Position numbers and translations under genes: made by a program. Under the pieces are notes generated by a model. That model was not told the DNA's origin, made no database searches, and saw nothing but the letters and a program-made list of their open reading frames with translations. From Orbicella franksi (Eukaryota): 64,000 nucleotides of DNA. The stretch covers positions 19,840,001 through 19,904,000 of the forward strand of contig OZ116710.1 of the NCBI GenBank assembly GCA_964199315.1, given 5' to 3'. Positions 49,314 to 59,599 of this stretch are shown here, piece by piece; positions within the stretch are counted from its first letter, which is position 1, and each line of letters starts with the position of its first letter.

Positions 49314-50117
49314 TTACCCAACTACACAGGCTTCTTTATTTGAAAAAAAAACATTTCTGAAAATCTCGCCAAGAAGACAGCTCACAGCTTGTCCAAAGAC
49401 GCTTTTTTCACCAGATTCCCAGTCGCGTGACTTGATCTCAAAATGATCCACAAAGCCGTGATCTTTACAGAACTGATCCAGCGCTACCTCACTCTCAAAT
49501 ATCTTTCCAGGCCCAATCCACTGCAGCGGTTCCTGACCTGGCTTAGTTACATTGTCTGTGATTAGAACGCATGGAATCGATGCCAGGAACTGTCTAATGT
49601 TTTGCCTCCATTTTGTAGCTCCCTCCAGCGAAGATGGACTTCCTGCTTCCCAGAAGACTAACGCTCCAAAGCTGAATCCAGAATAAAACGCGTTTGTGTT
49701 TAAATCTGTTTCAGCTATTTCCAAGATTTGTAGGTGCAGCTTGATCGAGAATGACTTCTCAGTGTCTTTTCTCTGCCATCTCATCATTTTAAAATAACGA
49801 CCCATACGGGTTGTTGGAGTCAAAGACTCCGTTTGAGCCAGTGGACACTTAACTCGCAGATAATCTTTAACAAACACACCTTTTTTGTCTCTTCCGCCAG
49901 TGTAGTCCCCGACACAAAATAGTTTCACTAACGGCGGAACCACTGTCGTTCCATTGTCCCTCTGGCGCGAAGTTTGTTTTAATGATTTGTGACTGCTGTC
50001 TTTCGTTTTTGCCTCGGGGTCAACGTTTGTTTGAAATGTTTTCATCTCCACCTCCCTTCCTAGAGACTTTAAACGTTCCTCGTTGACTTCCTCAGGCAAT
50101 TCATACTTTGCAGCCAT
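49314..50117 (-). CDS. Intronless Rab32/38-derived protein, copy 3 (267 aa; N-terminal insertion, rewritten switch II, ends CVVG)
   Basis: Shares the MA.KYELPE..GREVEMKTF N-terminus and the invariant block with copies 1-2; the G3/switch II region reads LEIAETDLNTNAFYSG. Confidence 0.82.
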   Translation of the reverse strand: MAAKYELPEEVNEERLKSLGREVEMKTFQTNVDPEAKTKDSSHKSLKQTSRQRDNGTTVVPPLVKLFCVGDYTGGRDKKGVFVKDYLRVKCPLAQTESLTPTTRMGRYFKMMRWQRKDTEKSFSIKLHLQILEIAETDLNTNAFYSGFSFGALVFWEAGSPSSLEGATKWRQNIRQFLASIPCVLITDNVTKPGQEPLQWIGPGKIFESEVALDQFCKDHGFVDHFEIKSRDWESGEKSVFGQAVSCLLGEIFRNVFFSNKEACVVG

Positions 50118-51181
50118 CGAAGAACAAGAGTTTAAGGAAATATCTGGACGTGCTAAAAAAAAGAGCGAGAGCGACTATATGAACTTCCGGCTTCGTCAGG
50201 TATACTCGTTATCCTTTATCCAAACGAGAACAACTCTGATATTTACCTTGCTGGAGTAAGTCAATGGAATAATATAAAGGTTTGGATCTGGAATGTAGCA
50301 AATACTGCCTCTTCAGATTTTTGGCGAAGGTTGAATCTTTCGCAGATCGTAAGCTGGGAGCTTGATTTAGTTCAAGTGTCCAATAAAAAATTGTGGATCA
50401 CACTCGCCGCTGTCCTGTAGTCAACCCAGATTGACTCCACGGTTGTGACACAGTGGCGTGACATATTATAGCAGTCTGGTCAATAAACGGCGCATGCGGG
50501 TTCATGCAGGATACCAAAATAATTAATATGGCGTTGCATCCGCTTTCATAGGCGACGGAGCAGGGATGGGAACGGGGGGCGGGGGGAGAGGGTTGTATGT
50601 CCCCCAAATGAAAATTTGGGGGCACGCCACGCCCCCGAACCCCCACATCGCTTTTCGGTATAAAATTGTTTTGGCAAGATACAGCTGAAGATATTCAGTC
50701 TCGTGATCTTTTTGACAAATCGTGTTACCAGGATCGCGCTTGGGGAAATAATATGTTGCAGGGGTGTTTTTTTGGAACAGCTCCGGCCGGTGTTCAGAGG
50801 CCAAACTCTTAAGGTTGTATTTGACATTTATAGCTGTGGCATCGGCGACTTCAGAGCATACATTTTCTGCCCTAAAAAAGAACTACGATGGTTGCCGCTG
50901 CTAAATCACCCTACAACACAGATTCTTTCCCCTCCCCAACCTCTAGCAGAACAGCTTAAGCTCCCCGGAGTGACAAGGACTACATAACGTTTGGTTTGAA
51001 TTTTATTTGGAAATTTCATAATTGATTAATTACATCAGTTTAATACGAGTTACAAATCAGATATTAATGAAACGCTTTCCTCATAGAGCTGTTTGGTCGA
51101 GTTTTAACTCTTACAAAAATGTCACGATACGGTAAATGATCGCAAATGTCACGTTATAGCACGCGATCGAAGATCGCAGCG

Positions 51182-51916
51182 TTAAATCCAAGATTGCTCT
51201 TCTTTTTGTTCGGTCTGCAAAATCTCGTCAAGAAGGCATTTCACGGCTTGTCCAAAAACGCTTTTTTCACCAGATTCCCAGTCGCGTGACTTAATCTCGA
51301 AATGATCCACAAAGCCGTGATCTTTACAGAAATGATCCAGTGCTACCTCGCTCTCAAATATCTTTCCAGGCCCAACCCAGGTGACTGACTTCAAGCACGA
51401 ATCCGCGGCATTGTCCGTGATAAGTACACACGGAATCGGAAGGGAAACCTCTTCCTTGATCTTCTTCCTCCACTGTACCGCACCATGAAGCGACGAAGGA
51501 TTATGAGGTCCCCAAAAGACCAAAGCTCCTTGGCTGTGTCTGAAGTACACTTTGGTCATGGCAGAAAATCGCTCCATCTCAGAAATTTCGCAGAGCTGTA
51601 GCACGATAGAATAGCTGCTTTTTAAGTGGCCCGGCCGTCGCCATTTCACTCTCTTCAAGTAGAAATCAATGCAGGTGAAAGAGCGACTTCTAAACGTAGG
51701 TTTGATTCCGAGATAATCTCTTATGAAGACCCCCTTTGTTCTAACTCCACCTGTGTAATCTCCAACGCAGATTATTTTCAGCGGGTTTCGATCAGTGGTC
51801 TCCTCCAAGGAGTCTTCCTGCGACAATGTACGAAAATTTGAATTAAATGTTTGTAGTACCAAAGTCGACGCTTGTTCGCTGGTTTCCTCCCCATCTGGTT
51901 CATCTGCAGCGGCCAT
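51182..51916 (-). CDS. Intronless Rab32/38-derived protein, copy 4 (244 aa; distinct N-terminus)
   Basis: CIDFYLKRVKW..VLQLCEISEMERFSAMTKVYF; carries the invariant block with 2 aa changes. Confidence 0.85.
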   Translation of the reverse strand: MAAADEPDGEETSEQASTLVLQTFNSNFRTLSQEDSLEETTDRNPLKIICVGDYTGGVRTKGVFIRDYLGIKPTFRSRSFTCIDFYLKRVKWRRPGHLKSSYSIVLQLCEISEMERFSAMTKVYFRHSQGALVFWGPHNPSSLHGAVQWRKKIKEEVSLPIPCVLITDNAADSCLKSVTWVGPGKIFESEVALDHFCKDHGFVDHFEIKSRDWESGEKSVFGQAVKCLLDEILQTEQKEEQSWI

Positions 51917-51949
51917 TTCAGTTGCGCAATGTTTGCGTTGAGCTATTCA

Positions 51950-52800
51950 CTGATTCCGTGCAGTTTTCAGCAGTCTAGGGATGGTTTGCTGTTAATAGCT
52001 GCTTCAAATGTTGTCATATGATACCTTCCCACGTCAAATGGTTTCAGTTCTTTTTCTTTAAACGTTAGTATAAAACGTCACAAGGTGGTTTATATCTCGT
52101 TCCGAGGATCGGCTCAGAACCTGTCGTGAGCAAGGTTGGTGACCTTTTGAAGGACCGACATGGTATCCTTCACTGTAGCAGTGATGACAGCTAGGAGTGG
52201 GATCAGTCATTGTCAGTAGAGTTAGAGGTTTAGAAATTTGCAGTCGAGGAGTATGGAGTTTTATACGCTTCAGTAGTTCTTCCTTGAATATTCTTGAATA
52301 TTTTTTCCTCCATCCGCCAGTTGGGTAAAATAGCGCACAATCACAAGTACTGTAAGTGCCCATTACGTTACAGACCGAGTCCGAAACCGACCGAGAGAAA
52401 ACATCGCGTGACGAGTCCAAAACGCAAAAAGGGGATACTGGTCGTCACCTAAGACTTGCCTGAATTTCTTTCCCTTTAGTTCCCAAAGGGGATGGAATTT
52501 AGGCTAGGGCGCGTGGATACGCGCGAGACGGGCTCGATCGATGTCAGGGCGAGTGTGCGCTCGATGCTCGTTTCTCCGCATCCCTTGCGAATATCATTTC
52601 TTGCTCGTTGTGGTCCGTGTAAATGGCCCGTATTGGAGGGTTGGAAGAGGTATGGTTAGTTTCTTTATCTCCTCCATACCATAAGTGTGTATTATCATAC
52701 CTTATGCTAATAAGATGTAATGCAGTGGGTTGGAAGAGTTGTGGTGTTTGAAGGGAGGCCTTAGTGTGTGTCGCTGTCTGCGTAACTCGACGCCATGTTG
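51950..52800. promoter_or_regulatory. CpG-rich divergent promoter region between Rab-like copy 4 and the TRIM gene; candidate TRIM 5' exon ending at 52649
   Basis: Locally high CpG, YY1-like cgccatgttg at 52791, and donor GAG|gtatgg at 52650. The TRIM ATG exon has a clean acceptor at 58005-58006, so an upstream exon is needed. Confidence 0.45.
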
Positions 52801-53198
52801 GAGGACCATTTTTGTAGTTTTTCTCAGTGATTTCCTTTTAGAGAGCAGGCACCAGTTTTTTTCGCTAACATCTCGAATTTATAGTGTATAGTTTAAAATC
52901 GGGACCTAGCTTATTTGAAGAGTTGTCTTCTCAGTTGAAACTGTGAGTTTACACAAAACCGAAATCGGGAAAACCATCAAGTGAGCTTTTGTAAGACTTA
53001 TATTTAATTCAGTTTTGGTTATTTCGCTGCCTATTTAGTAGCTAGAGAAAATGCCCACCAAATGTACATAAACTTACTTTCCATAAGAAAAACGAAATTG
53101 TTACAATATTTTAAAGCTGTTCATTTTCAGACGTCAACCTTAAAATCAGCCATGCCCTAGTTCACATATAATTTTTTATTGTGGAATGATCTGACTTC

Positions 53199-53681
53199 TA
53201 CCGTAAATCCTCGAATTAGCGCCCCCCTCGAATAAGCACCCCCTTTGAATAAGTGCCCCTCCTATCGGCTGAAATTTAAAATAAGTGCCCCCCCCTCGAA
53301 TAAGCGCCCCCCTCCCCTCCCCCCACTTTGTGAGTGAGTAATGAGACAACAAAGGGTGTATAGTTTTCATCATGTAGTATTAGATTTGTACATTGTTTCA
53401 GTTTGCGAACACGTTTAGTGAACACGTTGAACACGTTAAGTACTAACGGTGCCGCGATTTAAACTTTAGGATCAGCTTTTTATGTTGATAAACAGCTTAT
53501 GTTAGTGTTTACGTGCAGATGATATGTTAAAAAATTGATCATGTCAGGCTACAATTTGGGAAAAATTAAATGAGCCCCCCCCCCCCCCCCCGTCGATTAA
53601 GCGCCCCCCTCGAATGAGCCCCCCTGTCTTATCTTAAATTTGAAATAAACGCCCCAGGCACTAATTCGAAGATTTATGGCA
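53199..53681. mobile_element. Non-autonomous DNA transposon (Tc1/mariner/pogo-like TIRs)
   Basis: taccgtaaatcctcgaattagcgcc versus the reverse complement of the right end, tgccataaatcttcgaattagtgcc; internal repeated gcccccctcgaataag. Confidence 0.7.
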
Positions 53682-54202
53682 TGTGAAAGGATTGACTTAG
53701 AATGGTCTGACCATGGAACAATCTTACCAGATACTAACATGTGGATTGTTCATTTGCGGGAAAGATTGCTATTTACTGAGCCTGTACAACTGCATATGAA
53801 TTTATTAACCATTCACTTATAGGCTTACAGGTCTTCAGAGAGGGTTTCAACTACAGTTTAAAGTATATTTCATTTAAGGGGCTGTCAGCATTTTTGCTTG
53901 TACCCCATAGAACTGCACTTTAAGGGGTTGGGCAGGAGGGGGGGAGGGGTTAATGCAAGTTGATTTTAGGACATTTGTGTGGGGGTTTTTAACCAAAAGC
54001 GAAAAAGATCTATTTACAATAAATTTTAGTTCTTGTCCAAAATGGAACTCAACAGAAATAGGAAGTAAATTTCACTGGCACATGCAATGGTGACAAAGAA
54101 AGGGTAAAGCATATGTGAAGTAAGTAGGAAGATGTTTCATTATGAAATCTACTTGTGAAAGATATGCCTTTGGCACAATATCTCCTTCAGCATATGATTT
54201 AT

Positions 54203-54403
54203 CACTCGGTTAGCTTAGCTAGCACTCTGGTTAGCGTAACTAGCACTCTGGTTAGCCTAAACAGCACTAGATTGCTTGCGGTTAGCCTATATATATTAGG
54301 GTTAGGGATATGTATAAAAAAATCGCAGTTTCTGGCAGCTGGGTTGGATGGTCAAGTGGAGATGACTCTTGCATGGCAATCTATTAACCCAGGTTCGACT
54401 CCT
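54203..54403 (+). repeat. Short tagcactctggttagc tandem repeats followed by a degenerate tRNA-like SINE head (54338-54403)
   Basis: Repeated tagcact(c)tggttagc units; A-box-like tggtcaagtgg and B box ggttcgactcc. Confidence 0.45.
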
Positions 54404-54767
54404 CTTATAGTAAAATTTTTTTACCTTAAGAGACAAATAGAGAATGCGATTTCATACCTCATGAGTGAAAAATAAAGAAATCTCACATGAGAAAACCTCC
54501 AGGAGGTCAATGTTAGATTACATCAACCTGGAAGCAAAGATTCTACAGATGTCGTTCATTCTAAGGGTCATAATGCAGGTGAATGAGTGCAAGTCCTTAC
54601 AACTGCTCCTCAGACATCTATTTCTGAGATAAGACTGATTCTTTGCAAGCTGGGTAATGAAAATTCAGCTTCAGCAGAACAGACAGGGAGTGCACTCCCA
54701 CTTAATTATAAACAAAACAGGCATGTTCAGATATTTTTCCTCATCAGCATATTTTACACACGACACT

Positions 54768-54799
54768 GGATAAGATAAGATAAGATATAAGATAAGATA
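54768..54799. repeat. (GATAA)n microsatellite, possibly a LINE tail on the minus strand
   Basis: ggataagataagataagatataagataagata. Confidence 0.8.
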
Positions 54800-57700
54800 C
54801 TTAATTTAATGTGCAGTTACGCTTAGCTAATCAGCTAGTTTACAGGTAATCCAAGGCCCAGTATATTCTAAAAATTAAAACTAAAAATGTACAATAATAT
54901 TATTGATCATATAAAACTATTAAGACCTGTAAATGCTGAGAATTAAAAATTTAAAAAATCAAATCACAATAAATTCTGACATCAGTAAAACGTAAGCGAT
55001 CAAATTTTGTTGTTCACTTTATTAGTGCCTACTTTAGTTCTAATATCAGTTGTTAGCTTGTTCCATTTCTTTGCGGCTTATTTCTCTTAACGGATGAGAT
55101 TTCCCATTAATGGTAAATATGGGGTGCACTGTTTCCAAAGGTATTGCCATTTCTTTCACTTGGAAAGAAGTGATATAACAGTGGCATGCAATCCCGCTGA
55201 TGCAAAAAATTCTAGTGCAAACAAAAACTACCCTGGACCCTACCCCTGTAGATTCACCACTGTTGTTTGTGCTTGTTTGCTCATTAGTGGACAGATTGTA
55301 TTAAGATCACTGGAAGCTTCTCAGTGTACCTAGATTTCACACATTCAGGGATCTTTTCTGTGTTTTATATTGGAGCAATGTAGGGGATTTGTAGCTATAA
55401 TTATTTCTTCTGTCAGTCCTCCAATATGGCAGCCAGTACTTTTGTGACTTCCTTTGTGTTGGGAAAAATATGTTAATAGCCCTCTTTCAAAATGCAGACT
55501 TTTATTTCGACTGCATTCAAGAACTATCTACGGTAGAACTTTCCAGAAGTTAAATACTTTACTGGTTAAAACAGGTTTTGTAGATTGCATAGCAAGTCCC
55601 TTGTCAGCTTTGTAATTTTGTCAGATTGAAAATATTTTGTTTGACTGTTAACTAGCTTACTGTTTGTGGCTTCTTATAGATGGCAGGGCAGTTTTAGAAT
55701 GTTTTTCAACACTTTTTCACATACACTATTAAGATCAAAATAGGCCTCTTAGTTTAAGTCATCACCATGTTTTCCTTTAGTGAAGAAATGGCAGCTTTTT
55801 TTCTGCTGTCGTCATAAATAGGTCCATTGTGTAGCCTGGACTACAGTCAGGGAGATAAACTTAGGATTCTGCCATTTATTTTTTACAAAAGTTACACAAG
55901 TTACAGAATTTACACCACTGTTTGTCTTGCATCCTTAAGAGCAAATTCTAAAACAAGGGGGCTTTTCTATACCTACCAACTGTTGCACCTTAGATGTGTC
56001 AGTCTCACAGTTGTGACTGTGAGGCAAAGAATTATTGACATTGACATGGATTTGCCTTTCCTTGCTTTGGTTCTAGTTTATATATTTTTGAAAGTGTGTA
56101 AAAATCAGGTTTAAATCACAGAGCAAGCCTATATAACAAGGCTCAGGTGTTCAGTCTGCCAGTCACAAAGCCTAACAAGAGACGAATGTTCTTATTTGAT
56201 TGGTTTGTTCACTCAGGTCTAATTTTAGCCCGTATGGAGTTGCCACAAAATACTGGAGCATTGAACAAATAGATTGAGAGTGTGCGATCAGGTGTAGCTT
56301 TCTGTTTTGCCTTGGAAGTTAGTAGACAATACCATTTGAACTAAACAAACGATAGCTTCTGAGGAGAAGAATTTAGAAAGATTGATTGACTTCATATGTT
56401 TGTTTTGCCACCTGTGAAAGTGTATGGTATATGATGTGTTCTTGAGCTGTTTACTCAAATTGAAATGCCATGCCTGGTACTTTTGATGCCAGAAAAGAAA
56501 ATGGAGTCTCTTTGCTCCTTCCTGAATTAATGTGTTTGAGAAATAATTTTGGAAACTAAAACTTGTAAAACAGCTAATATATGCTGTACATGCAGACTGC
56601 GAAGATGACAATGTGCAAGATGACAATACGGCTGGTAAAGTATAAAGGTAGCTTGATTTGTACATCGCACAGAAGTTGAATGTCATTAACTATAAACCGG
56701 CCCCAAAACAAAATATTATTGTATATCTTTGGTAATGTTATTATATGTTTATTCTGCAACCAGTTGCATAAGTTTAATATTGGCTGCTGTTGTGATTCAG
56801 TTGGTGTTTTACAAACACAATTTTTGTTTTTATTGGGATTCAGCTGTAAGTCATTCTTCTCCTTTCTAACATTGATATGCAGGTGAAATGTAACTGCCAT
56901 TTTTCAAGTTCTTTTTGTTTTCTGTGTGGTACTTTCTTTTTTGAATTTCTTTGCTCAGAATATAGAACAGTTCGAGGAGTATAAACTCAGCATTATTCAG
57001 TTTGCATTTTGTTTGCACAATCATAATGCTCATCAATCTGAAAGTCTGTTTTTCACTGTATTTAATTAGTATTTACCATATTTTTTATGTAAATGACTCT
57101 GTTAATTTAACAAGGATGACTTCTGCTACTGTTGTGCGATCATTATTTTGGCTTTCCATCATTACACACAAAAAAAAACTCAACAAAGTGTTTCAAAGGT
57201 GATGTGTCCTTGCCTTTAATAGGCTTGCTCCATGTTTAAGGCTAAGTCAGGTTTAAGGTTGCCGCATATCTGATTTGTTTACTGGAGTTCTACTGTATTT
57301 TCTGCTAATTCATAGAGAGACAGCACACCATTCTAGTGTTCCTGTGTATATGTTGGTTGTCCTGTGTTATAGCACAAGTGATGTAGATTAAAAACCTTTT
57401 GGATGTCAGAATCCACACATGCATTCTATTTATAGTGTGTGTTCGATTGTGCATGATTAATATGTAAATGTTGTGTTTAATTGGGTATGATTGTGTGAAG
57501 TCACGTTTTCTTCAACACATGCAGTATACCATTGTTGGACTCTAGGGGATGTAGAAAGTACATCTGATACATTATACGATTCTTTAATGCTGTTGGGTTG
57601 TTAAATTTATTTTCAACCAAAATTTCCTGTGATTTTTCCATTTGTCCAAGTAGCCCCTTGAAAGAAAATTAGTTCACAGCATGCCAACAACATTATGTGA

Positions 57701-58013
57701 TGTCAGGTTCATTTATTGAATGTGTGATTTGGCATCACTTTTGTTTATTTCATTGATGATTGGGAAAGTAGATTGTACAACTGTATGGTTATTACACTAT
57801 TGAAAAGTGTTTATATGCTGTTAAAAAAAACAAGAGCAAACTAATAAATCTATACAAGTTTACAACATTGAAATAATTTATTGTGAATTCATGTTGCCAG
57901 CAGTCACTTCATTTTGAAACTCCTGGTTTTAACTGTGACATTTCAAGCTTGATTGACTCTCAAACATTATCTAATGAGTATCTTTTCTATCAATGTTTCA
58001 TTTTAGACTTGCA

Positions 58014-58199
58014 ATGGTGTCAGCTATGCTTGAAGAAGTCACCGATTCCTTTTCTTGTGCTGTTTGTCTTGAACAATTTAAAGAGCCAAAAGTTCTGCAA
58101 TGTCTGCACGCCTATTGTAAGGGGTGCCTTGTAAAACTGGTGAAGAAAAAGGGATCTGATCATGTCATACCTTGCCCTGTATGCAGGGAAGATACAAGA
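58014..58199 (+). CDS. TRIM E3 ligase coding exon 1 (RING finger)
   Basis: CAVCLEQFKEPKVLQCLHAYCKGC...CPVCR is a C3HC4 RING; acceptor ttttag at 58005-58006; donor AGA|gtaagt at 58200. Confidence 0.92.
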
Positions 58200-58407
58200 G
58201 TAAGTAAATTGTTCTTAAAAGTTATACAATTGAACCTGTCTACTAGTGCCCTGTTTTACATAGCTTGCAAGCAGGCTCTCATGGGTTGTGGCACCAGCAA
58301 TAAAGCAGAGAGTGTCTTGGTCTTTCTCTTGGTGCTTTGCTGTTCTTGCCGCAGCACATGAGAGCCCAACTTGCAGGCTACGTTTGGTAGTACCTAATTT
58401 TGTCATG

Positions 58408-59145
58408 CATATGATAAGGGTGGTGATGCTCAGCAGAAAATTCAATTAAACCGTTGAAGAAAACCAATTTGGGCGTGGTTCAAGCTTTATTTTACCCCTA
58501 ATAATATCACTTAAAATGGAACAGGCTTGATCATCACATTTTTTTTTGTGGAAAGGTAGTCAGGACTTGAGGGAGCTGAGTTAAATCAAGCCTAAAAACT
58601 TTTTCTATTATTTCTTTGAGTGCACCCTTAAAAGGTACAGGCCTGAATTTTTTGCAGGCTTTAATTTCACAACTTGTGTACATAACTGCGATGATCAATC
58701 ATGTCTTCATATCTTCTCCGCAGTTTAAATATACGATAGTTCATATATTCACTTGTATTTGTCACCATCTACGGGTATATTACGAACTCACAAAGTGACC
58801 AGCTCCCAGATGGCTTGATAGCTCAGTTGATAAAACACTGCACCGGTATCGCAGAGGGCATGGGTTCGAATCCCATTCAGGCCTGAATTTTTTTTCAGGC
58901 TTTAATTTCACAACTGCTTAAGTTGTGTGCATAGCTGCAACGATCAATCATGTCTTCATATCTTTCTCTGCAGTTTAAATATATGATATCTCATATATTC
59001 ACTTGTAAAAGTTACTTTGACAGCAAAAAAAAGTCACTCTGTGTTTCAACCTGCAAATCCAAAATGAGACCAAATTCCTTGATTTACATCCCTAAGCGAT
59101 ATGATGAGCATCCCGTACCTTTTCATATAGGAGTCTCACCCCATG
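58408..59145. mobile_element. MITE related to 62555-62920, interrupted by the 240-bp tRNA-like tandem repeat
   Basis: Left and right parts align by eye with 62555-62920 (ggggatgct..gaaaatt..aatta.acc; tcaagcttta; aaatcaagcctaaaaa; ...cccg.cctttc.atat.gga.tc). Confidence 0.6.
58638..59005 (+). mobile_element. About 1.5 units of a 240-bp tandem SINE/satellite containing a tRNA-like head (58812-58883)
   Basis: caggcctgaattttt recurs at 58638 and 58878; A box tagctcagttg and B box ggttcgaatccc. A related fragment lies at about 6550-6640. Confidence 0.75.
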
Positions 59146-59599
59146 GGAATATATCCAACACAAAAAACCTTGTTTGACCACAATTCCAAACACTCAGAGG
59201 ACAGAGTTGAAAAGATGATGTGTAGCAGAGTGTTTTTGACAAACTCTGAGGTGTCTTGAGTGTTTAATGTATCTTCTCAATTGAAACTAAACAGAGAAAT
59301 AAAATCGTCAAAAACTATGCAAATTAAGACCAGATATCCAAACACTGTCATAGTCTGAGTCATGATTTCTTTTGTTTAAATACATGAACTATTAATGAGT
59401 CTGAGAAATAAATTTGCTATCTGGCTCAAACACTGTCATGCCTCTTCTAAGCAGTCACAGCCACTCTTTAGTAGTCCCTTGTTGGTCTGTCTTTGTTAAT
59501 TTTATCTGTATTAAGTGCAGGACTTTTTTCACGCTGGGACAGTGTTGCACTTCATGCTTTGTGGTCAAACGATTGACTTGTATGTTTGTTTCTTTTTAG

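Noticed and set aside
43948-51916. Prokaryotic operon or contamination explanation for the intronless array
   Set aside because: The ORFs are separated by 1-2 kb spacers containing the same eukaryotic SINE/MITE types seen elsewhere in the window, and they carry Rab32/38-specific motifs.
52058-52420. 120-aa minus-strand ORF as a fifth Rab-like copy
   Set aside because: None of the family motifs (CVG.YT, GALVFW, FCKDHGF) occurs in any minus-strand frame I translated; it lies in the promoter region.
58812-58883. Functional tRNA-Thr gene
   Set aside because: The D stem is broken, the anticodon is atypical for eukaryotes, and it is embedded in a tandem repeat inside a MITE.
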